Origin: an uncultured Verrucomicrobiae bacterium
GTDB taxonomy: Bacteria > Verrucomicrobiota > Verrucomicrobiia > Limisphaerales > JAFGQR01
Assembly (NCBI GenBank): GCA_963788655.1
Contig: CAWBHS010000041.1
Span: 1-28,436, forward strand
DNA length: 28,436 nucleotides
Direction: 5' to 3'
Positions 10,495 to 20,100 of this stretch are shown piece by piece. The notes beneath the pieces were generated by a model. That model was not told where the DNA came from and did not search any database. It saw only the letters and a list, made by a program, of their open reading frames with translations. A program made the position numbers and the translations under genes. The first letter of the stretch is position 1, and the number at the start of each line of letters is the position of its first letter.

Positions 10495-10941
10495 ATGGAC
10501 GACAAAAGCTTTTCACCCACACCGCCCGCCCGGCGGCGCATCCTGATCGTGGACGACCATCCCCTGCTGCGCCGCGGGCTCGCCGCGCTCATTAAGAGCG
10601 AGCCCGATCTCACCATCTGCGCCGAAGCCACCACCCAGCGAGGCGGGCTGGAAGCGGTCGCCAGCTCCCGGCCCGACCTCGTCATCACCGATCTCTCGCT
10701 TGCGGACGGCGATGGTCTGGCCTTGGTAAAGGAAATTCGCCTGGCCCAGGAATACCTGCCGGTGCTGGTGCTCACGCTTTACGACGCACCCGCCTACGCG
10801 GAACGGGCCTTCCAAGCCGGCGCCAACGGCTACGTCACCAAGGAGGAAATGGATGAGACCCTGCTGCTCGCGGTTCGCCGTGTGCTCGCCGGGGAGAAAT
10901 ACGTCAGCCCGAAACTCCAGGCCGCGAGCGCGACGACGTAG
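10495..10941 (+). CDS. single-domain response regulator (NarL-like receiver, no HTH)
   Basis: ILIVDDHPLLRRG, ITDL, GYVTK; ends after the receiver domain; paralogous to the RR upstream. Confidence 0.9.
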   Translation: MDDKSFSPTPPARRRILIVDDHPLLRRGLAALIKSEPDLTICAEATTQRGGLEAVASSRPDLVITDLSLADGDGLALVKEIRLAQEYLPVLVLTLYDAPAYAERAFQAGANGYVTKEEMDETLLLAVRRVLAGEKYVSPKLQAASATT

Positions 10942-10982
10942 CCACCATCACGGATCGAAGCACCGGTCCTGCCTGCCACGGA

Positions 10983-11005
10983 AGGGCGGACCTGCCGGTC
11001 CGCCC
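10983..11005. repeat. REP-like hairpin copy 2
   Basis: agggcggacctgccggtccgccc. Confidence 0.85.
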
Positions 11006-11078
11006 AACTTTTTCGCGGACGTGGCAGACAAGAGCGAACCGGCCTCGCCTCGCGTGAAAGGCGCGCCACCCGCCGGCT

Positions 11079-11148
11079 ATAGGGCATTCCCCCACCCCAA
11101 GAATCAGGGCCGCTCCCTGATGCGCGAAGCGGCCCTGTCTGTCAGATT
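11079..11148 (+). promoter_or_regulatory. tandem boxes ATAGGGC-ATT-CCCCCAC (11079-11095) and TCAGGGC-CGC-TCCCTGA (11104-11120) + 22 nt + CAGATT
   Basis: Same tandem layout as 10378-10446. Confidence 0.65.
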
Positions 11149-11172
11149 CCTGGCAGTCTATTTTAAAACACC

Positions 11173-12438
11173 ATGAATACACCGAATCATATCAGTCCCT
11201 TACGCCAGCTCATCGCGAAGGTCTTTAACATCGTCGTCGCTGCATTTTTTCTGGGCTCGACCCTGGCCTCATTCGCCGCCGACCAGGTGGTGCTCAACAC
11301 TGCCGATTCCGGCGCCGGCTCCTTGCGGCAGGCCATTGTCGATGTCGGCAGCGGTGAGACGATCACCTTCGACTCCGCCCTGGACGGCCAGACCATCACC
11401 CTGGGCGGGACGGGAATCCAATTCAACAAGAGCCTGACCATTGATGCTTCGGCCTTGACCGGCGGCCTGACCATCTCGGGCAACAACGCCTCTCAGTTGT
11501 TCCTCATTTACGGCGGAACAACGACAATGAACAGTCTTGCTTTAACCGGCGGCAACGCTTCGTTTCGCGGCGGGGCGATTTCCCTCAACTCCGGAGCCAC
11601 TCTAACTCTCATCAATTCCACTCTCTCAGGCAATACCTCCAGTGACATTGGGGGAGCCATTAACTGCGACGATAGCAACGTCAGTCTCACCAACTGCACT
11701 CTGTCGGGCAACGTCAGCGGAGGGGTGGGAGGAGGCATCGCCAACTTAAGCGGTGTGCTGACTCTCATCCACTGCACGCTCTCGAGCAACGTGGCCGCCA
11801 CTTATGGCGGGGGCTTTTATACCCAAGGCAGCACACCGGTCACGATCATGAATTCCCTTATCGCTGGCAATTCTGCCAACTCGGGAGCCGTCCGCGATAT
11901 CTATCGATCGGGCAGTTTCGCCTTCGTCATCGGCGGCACCAACCTCATCGGCGACAACGCGACGGTCTCCGCCGATTTCCCCGCCGGCCCGCTGGTCGGC
12001 ACGGCGGCCAGCCCGCTCAATCCGCTGCTCGCCCCGCTCGGCAATAACGGCGGCCCCACGCAAACCATGCCCCCGTTGCCCGGCAGCCCGGCCCTGGATG
12101 CGGCCAGTTCCGGACTCGCCACCGATCAACGCGGCGTGGCCCGGCCACAAGGCGGCAACTTTGACATTGGCGCGGTGGAAGTCGTTGTCGTTGCGGCCGG
12201 CCCCACGCTATTGGCGGCCCCGACTCAATTGGGAGACGGATCGTTCCGGTTCACGTTCACCTACGCGACCGGGTTGACCTTCACTGTGCTGGCCAGCACC
12301 AATGCGGCGTCGCTGCCAAACGCGTGGTCCGACCTCGGCCCCGCCACCGAGGCTCCGGCCGGCTCCGGCCAGTTCCAGTTCACTGATCCACAGGCGACGA
12401 CCAGCTCACACCGGTTCTACCGCGTGCGCTCGCCGTGA
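11173..12438 (+). CDS. secreted beta-helix protein with GGAI repeats, choice-of-anchor Q-like domain and C-terminal FYRV domain
   Basis: Signal peptide ending ASFA; DSGAGSLRQAI; GGAI/TLSGN repeats; LAPLGNNGGPTQTM..PGSPALD..DQRG..R..DIGAVE; ends QFTDPQATTSSHRFYRVRSP. Confidence 0.9.
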   Translation: MNTPNHISPLRQLIAKVFNIVVAAFFLGSTLASFAADQVVLNTADSGAGSLRQAIVDVGSGETITFDSALDGQTITLGGTGIQFNKSLTIDASALTGGLTISGNNASQLFLIYGGTTTMNSLALTGGNASFRGGAISLNSGATLTLINSTLSGNTSSDIGGAINCDDSNVSLTNCTLSGNVSGGVGGGIANLSGVLTLIHCTLSSNVAATYGGGFYTQGSTPVTIMNSLIAGNSANSGAVRDIYRSGSFAFVIGGTNLIGDNATVSADFPAGPLVGTAASPLNPLLAPLGNNGGPTQTMPPLPGSPALDAASSGLATDQRGVARPQGGNFDIGAVEVVVVAAGPTLLAAPTQLGDGSFRFTFTYATGLTFTVLASTNAASLPNAWSDLGPATEAPAGSGQFQFTDPQATTSSHRFYRVRSP

Positions 12439-12452
12439 CCGGTGTTGCCTTT

Positions 12453-12612
12453 GACGCACCCGCCTGCGCGGAACGGGCCTTTCGGCCGGCGCCAACGGCT
12501 ACGTCACCAAAGAGGAGATGGATGACACCCTGCTGCTCGCGATTCGCCGGGTGCTCGCCGGGTAGAAATACGTCAGCCCGAAGCTCCGGGCCGGGATCGA
12601 GACGACGTAGCC
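12453..12612 (+). pseudogene. degenerate copy of the 3' end of the receiver-only gene (10783-10943)
   Basis: gacgcacccgcc...ggctacgtcaccaa...aaatacgtcagcccgaa...gacgacgtagcc is in both; this copy has a 1-nt deletion and GAG>TAG at ~12562. Confidence 0.9.
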
Positions 12613-12723
12613 GGGCCATGTCGCTGAGATTGATTTTTCCACGATCCCTCGAACCGATGTTCCGCCTTCAAAAGACCCAAGTCGCCTCACGTGAGAGGTG
12701 CGGGGAATGACCGAAATATAGTG

Positions 12724-12748
12724 GTAGGGCGGACCTGCCGGTCCGCCC
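12724..12748. repeat. REP-like hairpin copy 3 with intact GTAG head
   Basis: gtagggcggacctgccggtccgccc. Confidence 0.85.
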
Positions 12749-13011
12749 AAACTTTCCGCTGATGCTGCCGGGCCACCAGCGGCGTTGGCCAAGATTGACC
12801 AGAACATCCACGCAAAACTGGCCTGGGAACTCGTGACTCACCACGACGCAAGATTCCGGAAGTTTGTGGATCAACTCCGCTCGTCCGCGCAGATCGTCAA
12901 GCATTGAGCCGTTTCGCAAAAGAGGACGGACCCTCAGATCGCCCCGTGGCCCACGAGGCGTTTTTGCTTGCTTGGGGAATGTCGTGCGTCAACGCGTGGA
13001 CGCGAATCTGA

Positions 13012-13035
13012 GGCGGCGCGGCAGCGCCGCCCTGC
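13012..13035 (-). repeat. inverted variant of the same REP-like family
   Basis: Reverse complement gcagggcggcgctgccgcgccgcc keeps the head, TGCC loop and stem, with compensatory changes. Confidence 0.65.
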
Positions 13036-13090
13036 TAAATCCGTCCCTGGAGTGAACGGCCTGCCGGGCCGGCTCTGCTAGCCGCGGGAG

Positions 13091-13135
13091 GTAGGGTTTT
13101 ACCCCATAGCCAGTCGCCGGCAAAGGTCGCACACT
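13091..13135 (+). promoter_or_regulatory. box GTAGGGT-TTT-ACCCCAT + 22 nt + CACACT
   Basis: Directly upstream of the GT4 start at 13151. Confidence 0.75.
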
Positions 13136-13150
13136 GATAGGGACGAAATA

Positions 13151-15547
13151 ATGGAACCAACATCTGAAATCCATAAAATCGCCTTTCTTGGCGACTACTT
13201 GCCGCGCAAATGCGGCATTGCCACGTTTACGTCCGACGTGCTCTCCGCCGTATCGGCGGAACACCCGGAAAGCCAGTGCTTTGCGGTGCCGGTCAACGAT
13301 CTCCCGGGCGGCTACGATTATCCCGAAGCGGTGCGCTTCGAGATCGAGGAGCAGGATTTGACTTCCTACCAACGCGCCGCGGATTTTCTCAACATCAGCA
13401 GCGCGGACATCGTTTGCGTGCAGCACGAATTCGGCATCTACGGCGGCGTGGCCGGCAGCCATCTGCTGGCGCTGCTGCGCGAATTGCGGATGCCCGTCGT
13501 GACCACCCTGCACACCGTCTTGCGCGAACCCAATACCGAGCAGCGGCGCGTCATGCGGGAGTTGATTGCCCGCTCGACGCGGCTGGTGGTGATGACCGAG
13601 CGGGGGCAGCGGATGTTGCGGGAGATTTACCAGGCGCCCGCGGCTCGCATTGATCTTATCCCGCACGGCATTCCCGACATGCCGTTCGCCGATCCCAACT
13701 ATTACAAGGACCAGTTCGGCGTGGAAGGCCGGCTCGTGCTGCTCACGTTCGGACTGCTTTCCCCCAACAAAGGCATCGAGCATGCGCTCAACGCGCTGCC
13801 GGAGATCCTGGCGGAGTTTCCCAACGTCGTTTACATCGTTCTGGGCGCCACCCATCCGAACCTGGTGCGCGAGCACGGCGAGTCCTATCGCTTGAGTCTC
13901 GAGCGGCTGGCCAAGAAGAACAACGTCCAAAAACACGTCATCTTTTACAATCGGTTCGTCGAACTCGAGGAACTGAAGGAATTCATCGGCGCGGCGGACC
14001 TTTACCTCACGCCCTACTTGAACGAAGCGCAGATCACCTCGGGCACCCTGGCGTACGCGTTTGGCGCGGGCAAGGCGGTGATCTCGACGCCCTACTGGCA
14101 CGCGGCGGAATTGCTCGCCGACGGGCGTGGCGTGCTGGTGCCGTTCGGCGACAGCAAAGCCATCGCCCGGGAAGTCATCGGCCTGCTGAACGACGAGACG
14201 CGCCGGCACGCCATGCGCAAAAACGCTTACAAGCTGGGCCGCGAGATGGTGTGGAGCCACACGGCGCGGCTCTACATGCAATCCTTCGAGCGCGCGCGGA
14301 TCGAAGGGGCGGTGTGGTCCCGCAAATCGTTTGCCGTGAAAACCCTGGACCAGGCGCCGCGGGAGTTGCCAAAACTCGAGCTGGAACATCTGTCGCGGAT
14401 GACCGATTCGACTGGGATTTTCCAGCACGCCATTTTCACCGTGCCAAATTTTTCCGAAGGTTACTGCACGGACGACAATGCGCGGGCCTTCATCCTGGCC
14501 GTGCTGCTGGACGAGATGAAGGAAGAACCAGAGCAGGTGCGGACCCTGGCCACGACGTATGCGGCGTTTCTGCATCACGCGTTCAATCCCCAGACCAAAC
14601 GGTTCCACAACCACCTTAGCTTCGAACGGCGCTGGCTCGATGACCAGGGTTCGGAGGACTCTCATGGCCGGGCACTTTGGGCGTTGGGCCTGGGCGTGGG
14701 GCACTCCCCGTATCGCAGTTTTCAGGTCATGTCCGGACAGATCTTCGCTCAGGCGCTGCCCGCCGTGGCGGACTTCAAGTCGCCGCGCGCCTGGGCCTTC
14801 ACCTTGCTGGGCATTCACGAGTACCTGCAGCGGCTGAACGGGGATCGGTTTGCCCACCAGATGCGGGACTCGCTCATGACGCGGCTCATGGAATTGTACG
14901 ACCGGACGGCCCGACCGGATTGGCCCTGGTTCGAAGACGTGTTATCCTACGACAACGCCAAGTTGGCCCATGCCTTGATCCTGAGCGGGCGGGCGACCGG
15001 GCAGGCACCGGTGTTTGAGCGGGGCCTGCAGGCGCTCCGCTGGCTGACAGAAATGCAAACGGCCGAGAGCGGTGATTTCCGGCCGATCGGCAGCAACGGA
15101 TTCTACCCGCGCGGCGGCACTCGCGCGACCTTCGACCAGCAACCCATCGAGGCGCACTCGATGGTGTCGGCCTGTCTCGAAGCTTACCGCGCCACGTTGG
15201 ACCCGCAGTGGTATGCGCACGCCCAGCGCACCTTCGACTGGTTCCTCGGCTGGAATGATCTCGGTTTGGAACTATACTGCTCGGCCACTGGCGGCTGCCG
15301 TGATGCGTTGCACGTGGATCGCGTCAACCAGAACCAAGGCGCGGAATCCACCCTCGCCTTCCTGCTCTCGCTGGCGGAAATGCAGCTTATTCAACCCGCG
15401 ATCACGGTATTCAACCCGCCCCCGACGGAGCCAAACGCCCTCCCGGATCAACGCAGCCCTCTCACTCCGTCCAACTCCCTCAGTGGGGGAGAATGTGACT
15501 TCGAGGCAGATGCGAGGGAACGCGTCCCAACCCCGCTGCCCGTTTGA
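13151..15547 (+). CDS. glycosyltransferase family 4 (GT-B) fused to a C-terminal helical (alpha/alpha barrel-like) domain
   Basis: PRKCGIATF, TFGLLSPNKGIE, QITSGTLAYA, STPYWHA; C-terminal GYCTDDNARA, FDQQPIE, NQGAESTLA; adjacent to a GH130 gene as is usual for this family. Confidence 0.93.
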   Translation: MEPTSEIHKIAFLGDYLPRKCGIATFTSDVLSAVSAEHPESQCFAVPVNDLPGGYDYPEAVRFEIEEQDLTSYQRAADFLNISSADIVCVQHEFGIYGGVAGSHLLALLRELRMPVVTTLHTVLREPNTEQRRVMRELIARSTRLVVMTERGQRMLREIYQAPAARIDLIPHGIPDMPFADPNYYKDQFGVEGRLVLLTFGLLSPNKGIEHALNALPEILAEFPNVVYIVLGATHPNLVREHGESYRLSLERLAKKNNVQKHVIFYNRFVELEELKEFIGAADLYLTPYLNEAQITSGTLAYAFGAGKAVISTPYWHAAELLADGRGVLVPFGDSKAIAREVIGLLNDETRRHAMRKNAYKLGREMVWSHTARLYMQSFERARIEGAVWSRKSFAVKTLDQAPRELPKLELEHLSRMTDSTGIFQHAIFTVPNFSEGYCTDDNARAFILAVLLDEMKEEPEQVRTLATTYAAFLHHAFNPQTKRFHNHLSFERRWLDDQGSEDSHGRALWALGLGVGHSPYRSFQVMSGQIFAQALPAVADFKSPRAWAFTLLGIHEYLQRLNGDRFAHQMRDSLMTRLMELYDRTARPDWPWFEDVLSYDNAKLAHALILSGRATGQAPVFERGLQALRWLTEMQTAESGDFRPIGSNGFYPRGGTRATFDQQPIEAHSMVSACLEAYRATLDPQWYAHAQRTFDWFLGWNDLGLELYCSATGGCRDALHVDRVNQNQGAESTLAFLLSLAEMQLIQPAITVFNPPPTEPNALPDQRSPLTPSNSLSGGECDFEADARERVPTPLPV

Positions 15548-15568
15548 AGCGAGAGGCCAAAATCTAAC

Positions 15569-17024
15569 ATGAACACCGCTACGATTCAGCGCACCAATGT
15601 TGTCCTGCATCCCGACCGCACCCGGGTGCTGCTCCGACCGTTTCTGCTCCCGAACGAGCCGCGCGCCCGGACGATTTGCGGCCAGGTCATGGCGCTGCCC
15701 GAAACCGAAGTCCACGCGCTCTGGAAGCAAGTGCAGGCCGAGTTCGGCGAACGCCACGCGAAAACCCGTGAGTTCCTCGGCCAGCGCTTCGAGCAGGCCC
15801 GCCCCTATCTGAGCACTGACGCGAAGCTCTCCGCGGAACGCGAGTGGTTGCTCGGCGCGTATTTCAGCCACGAGTATTCCCTCGAAGCGGCGGCGCTGTT
15901 CAATCCCTCGATCGTGCCGCACCCGGACCAGTCGGAGCTTCCGCCGGGTTCGCTGCGCTTCATCCTCAGCCTGCGGGCCACCGGCGAAGGACACATTTCT
16001 TCAATCACCTTTCGCGCCGGCGTCCTCGACGTCCTGGGCAACCTCACGGTCAATGTGCCCAGCCGATATTGCCTGGAGCCCGAGCAAGTGCCCAATGCGT
16101 CCTTCGAGAAAGAACTGTTCGAGCGAAAGCTTCGCGAGCTGGGCTTGATCGGGGACTTCACTCGCCAGACCCTCCAGTCCCTGGGCGAGGCGTTTACGCT
16201 GGAGGAATTGCGCGTGGCCGTCGGTCGCGCCACCGAACACCTGGGCGCGCGCGATAGCCAAACCAAAGCCGTGGCCCGCAAAACCCTGATGCTGGCCCAA
16301 TCGAATTACGACGTGCAGTTCGCGCCGGACTCGCGGTTGTCCGAGCGCGTGCTGTTCCCCACCACCCCGTCGCAAAGCAATGGCATCGAGGACGCCCGCT
16401 TTGTTTTGTTCCAGGACGAGGACGGCACCCGGACTTATTACGCGACCTACACCGCCTACGACGGCAAAATGATTCTGCCGCAGTTCATCGAGACGCCCGA
16501 CTTTTTGCATTTCAAGTTCATCACGCTGAACGGTCCGGCGGTGCGGAACAAAGGGATGGCGCTGTTCCCGCGCAAGATCAATGGCCACTACGCGATGCTC
16601 AGTCGGCAGGACAAGGAAAACATCTACCTCATGTTTTCGGATCATCTGCATTTCTGGCACACCGCGCAGGTTCTCCTGGAGCCGAAGTATCCCTGGGAAT
16701 TCATCCAGTTGGGCAACTGCGGCTCGCCGATTGAAACCGAGGCCGGCTGGCTGGTGATCAGCCACGGCGTCGGCGCCATGCGTAAATACTGCATCGGCGC
16801 CTTCCTGCTCGACCGGGACGATCCCACCCGGGTGCTCGGCCGCTTGCGGGAGCCGCTGATCACGCCGAACGAGAACGAACGCGAAGGCTACGTGCCGAAC
16901 GTGGTCTATTCGTGCGGCAGCCTCCTGCACGGTCGCCAACTCATCATCCCCTACGCGATGTCCGACTACGCCACCACCTTCGCCACACTGCTCGCTCGAG
17001 GCGGTGCTGGCGGCGCTGGAATAG
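15569..17024 (+). CDS. glycoside hydrolase family 130 (PH1107-related) protein; +1 frameshift near 16990
   Basis: ALFNPS, NGIEDARF, NKGMALFP, GNCGSP, YVPNVVYSCG. Removing one base at ~16991 gives TLSLEAVLAALE* (TAG 17022-17024), as the duplicate at 20771 confirms. Confidence 0.92.
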
Positions 17025-17087
17025 GCAAACGGAGAGTAGGAATCATCGAGGCCCGGGGCGAACCTTTGGCCACGGCCAGGACCAAAG

Positions 17088-17132
17088 GTAGGGTTATACC
17101 CCATATCCCCCGCCCGCGCACTAGTGTATGCT
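17088..17132 (+). promoter_or_regulatory. box GTAGGGT-TAT-ACCCCAT + 22 nt + TATGCT
   Basis: Good -10; ATG 17139 is at the expected +1 position. Confidence 0.78.
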
Positions 17133-17135
17133 TAA

Positions 17136-20100
17136 ATGATGATTATCAGATTACTTAAATACCTAGCCTCTCGGCGAAGCCGCGCCAGCGCTTGCGCACT
17201 GGTCACTCTAACCGCTGTCCTGGGGACAGTTCCCGCGACCCGGGCCGCCGACACGGAAATCCTCTCCTTCACCCCGGAAGCCTGTTGCGGTCCCGGCAAC
17301 TATGTTTTGCGCGCTCGCGTGCCCAGCAATTCCGTGGTCCAACTCCATGGGCGCGCCAATCTGGCAACCAATGCCGACTGGATCGACTTTGGCGCTCCGG
17401 TGTTTGTCTTGAACCGCGAGGAAGTGGAGTTCTACGTGCCTTACGTGCCGGAACCTAATTCCTTCTTCCGGCTCTCCGCGGCATCTGCGCAAATCTCCTT
17501 GACGGACGACGGCAGTCAATTCCACCTCCAGACGACAAATCCCGTTCCCCTCGGACTGATCCTGCAAGCGGCTGGGGGCACTGCAGGCACGGAGGTGTTT
17601 CTCGTGGGCACGAACTGTGATCCCTTCGCACTGGTCGATCCGATCGATACTACCGCCATTGATTTGGAGGGACTCTTCCGCCAACTGGGTTGCACCGTCC
17701 GAGTGGCCCCGCCGCCGGGCGACACGACCAATTCCACCAGCCGCTTCGCGCTCGATTCTAGTCTGCAAAACGATCCTCTCCCAGAAACACCCGGCGTGGG
17801 TCTGTTGGAAGACGGCCATCCCGGCGATTCCGGCTTCCCCGATGCGGGTGTGGGCGACCTGGATCCGGAACCGCTGCCCACCCATGACAAGGGCCTGGTC
17901 CAGGAGATCCCGCCAGGCCCCGACACCGGCGGGCCTGAAGACGATCCAACCCTGGTCGAACCGGGCCGGCACTTACGGGTGAAAGTGACCCTTCAGCACG
18001 ACGGTGGGGTGACGTTGACTCGCGCGTTCGAGAATACCGGCGACGCTCGCTTGGCCTGGCCAACGATGCCTTTGGAGGACGATACGGTGGTGTGTGTCGT
18101 GCGTTCACCGCTCCACACGAACGATCCCGCCGGAATTTACTTTATCAATGCGCTGGCCGATCCGTTTGAAATCCGCAGCTACGACCCGCCGCCCGAGGGC
18201 CGGACGCACTTTGGGCACCAGGAGTCAATCGCTCTGCGCCTGCCGATTCCCCTGTTGCCGGAAGACACCGATCTGAGCGGACTGTTGGTGGAGTTTCACC
18301 GCGTATTGGCCAATCCGGACGGTGAGATGCTGGATGCAACCGCGTTCGACCGCCATCCCGAACTCTTCCAGTCGTTGGGGCAAATCACCGGCGACGAACT
18401 GGCCCTCTTGCTGCGGTCGGGCGGCGGGCGGCGGGTGGCCCAAGCGCCGTCCAACGCCACGCTGCACACCCTCTATCGCGGCGGTTCGATGGCCAGCAAA
18501 TACAACCTGGTCTTCGTCGCCGACGGTTTCGACGACAGCGCCTTCGACCAACAACGCTTCAGCAACTGGGTCCAAACGGTCGCCCTGGAGAACGTGTTTG
18601 GCCGCGATATCGGCCCGGAGATCATGAATGCCATGAACATCTTCCGCATCGACACGGATTCCGTGGACTCGGGCATCACGCTATCCGACCCCAACAACGT
18701 GGTAACCAACGCCAAGAACACCGCACTCGATTTCCGCTACAATGGCACCTGGGGCAAGTGCTGGATCGACGTTGGTCCCAATGGGCAGCAGCGCCTGGAC
18801 GACATTATTGACGAATTGCTGCCGCAGGCCGACGGCATCGCGGTGGTGCTGAATCGGTTGGCCAATGGCGGCTGCGCCTCCGGCATCCTGGTCCGCCTGC
18901 CCCTGGGAACCACCTTCGCCGACAACTGGGGCACCCTGGCCCATGAGTTCGGCCACTCCTTCGGCAAACAAGGTGACGAGTATTCCTGCGGTTTTGGTGA
19001 ATCACTCACCAACAGCGCCTGCATCACCTACACCGACCCGGAACCCAGCGCCGGCAACCTCACCACCAATCGTTACCGCAAATTCCTCAAATGGGGCGAG
19101 TGGGTTCCCCCGTGGCGACCGCTGCCGACCCCGAAAGACAAGGTGGCCGACATGATCCAGGATGTGGGCGCGTTCCAAGGCGCCACCAAGAGCGCGAGCA
19201 AGTAACTGGTCTTGGCCTCTATCGGCCCTCGTTCGATAGCCGTATGGCGGGCGGCAGTCAGCAATTCAATCCAGTGAATTACAATGCCACGCGCAAGGGT
19301 GCCCACAAATACGCTGCCCATTACTTCTCGCACAACACCGCCGTCGGCGATTTCGACGGCGACGGGCACGCCGATCTCGTGCAGCGCGCGGATCGGCAAC
19401 TCAGCTTGTTCCTGTCCGGTCCGCGCCCGCTCGGCGCGGATGATCCGCTCACGGGCAGCAACCCGCGCTCGGCGGGCACCGTGCTGTTGCCCACCTGGAC
19501 CGCCAACGACCGCATTTATTCCGCCTCCGGCAACAGTTACTGGAAATTCGACCGGGACGACGAGGTGCTGCCCGGCGATTTCGACGGTGACGGCAAGACG
19601 GACCTCTACTGCATCAATCGCCAGGGGTGGTCGCATCGCTACGTGTGCCTGCTCAAGTCCCAAGGCACGAACTTCATTCCGGTCGCCTACTACGTGGACC
19701 AGCTCCCGGGTTGGGGCGCCCTGCGGCCCACGGACGAGTTCTACGTCGGCGACCTGGACGGCGATGGCCGCGATGACTTGATGGTCTTCAACGGACTCGA
19801 ATGGAACATGCCCTACTTCTGTCTTCTGCGCTCAACCGGCACGGCCTTGACCTACCTCAAACGTTACGACAACAACCTGCCGGGCAACCAAATGGGCCGG
19901 CACGAGACATTCCGCATCGCCGATCTCAATGGCGATGGCCGGGCGGACGTGGTGAGCTGGAATACGAAAGATTGGGCCAAGCCGAACCTGGGTTTCTATA
20001 CGTTCAACAATGGCAAGCTGAACTTCGTCACCCGCTACTACGGGACCATCACCGGCCCGGCGGGCGGCGGCTTCAGCTACACGCTGCGCAAACGCGACCA

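Noticed and set aside
8091..13492. Composite transposon or classical target-site duplication
   Set aside because: Repeats are 120-410 nt diverged gene pieces, with no transposase, integrase or terminal inverted repeats in the window.
12989..14857. 622-aa minus-strand ORF and similar long antisense ORFs (5076-6068, 16001-17104, 23977-24948, 24949-26118, 26801-27676)
   Set aside because: Shadow frames of high-GC3 + strand genes with no recognisable motifs.
16991..17158. Extended GH130 C-terminus overlapping the next gene
   Set aside because: Frameshift artefact; the duplicate at 20771-20894 shows the true frame ending at 17024.
19195..19215. Programmed frameshift or readthrough between peptidase and FG-GAP parts
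   Set aside because: No slippery heptamer; it splits a conserved motif and matches the window-wide indel noise.
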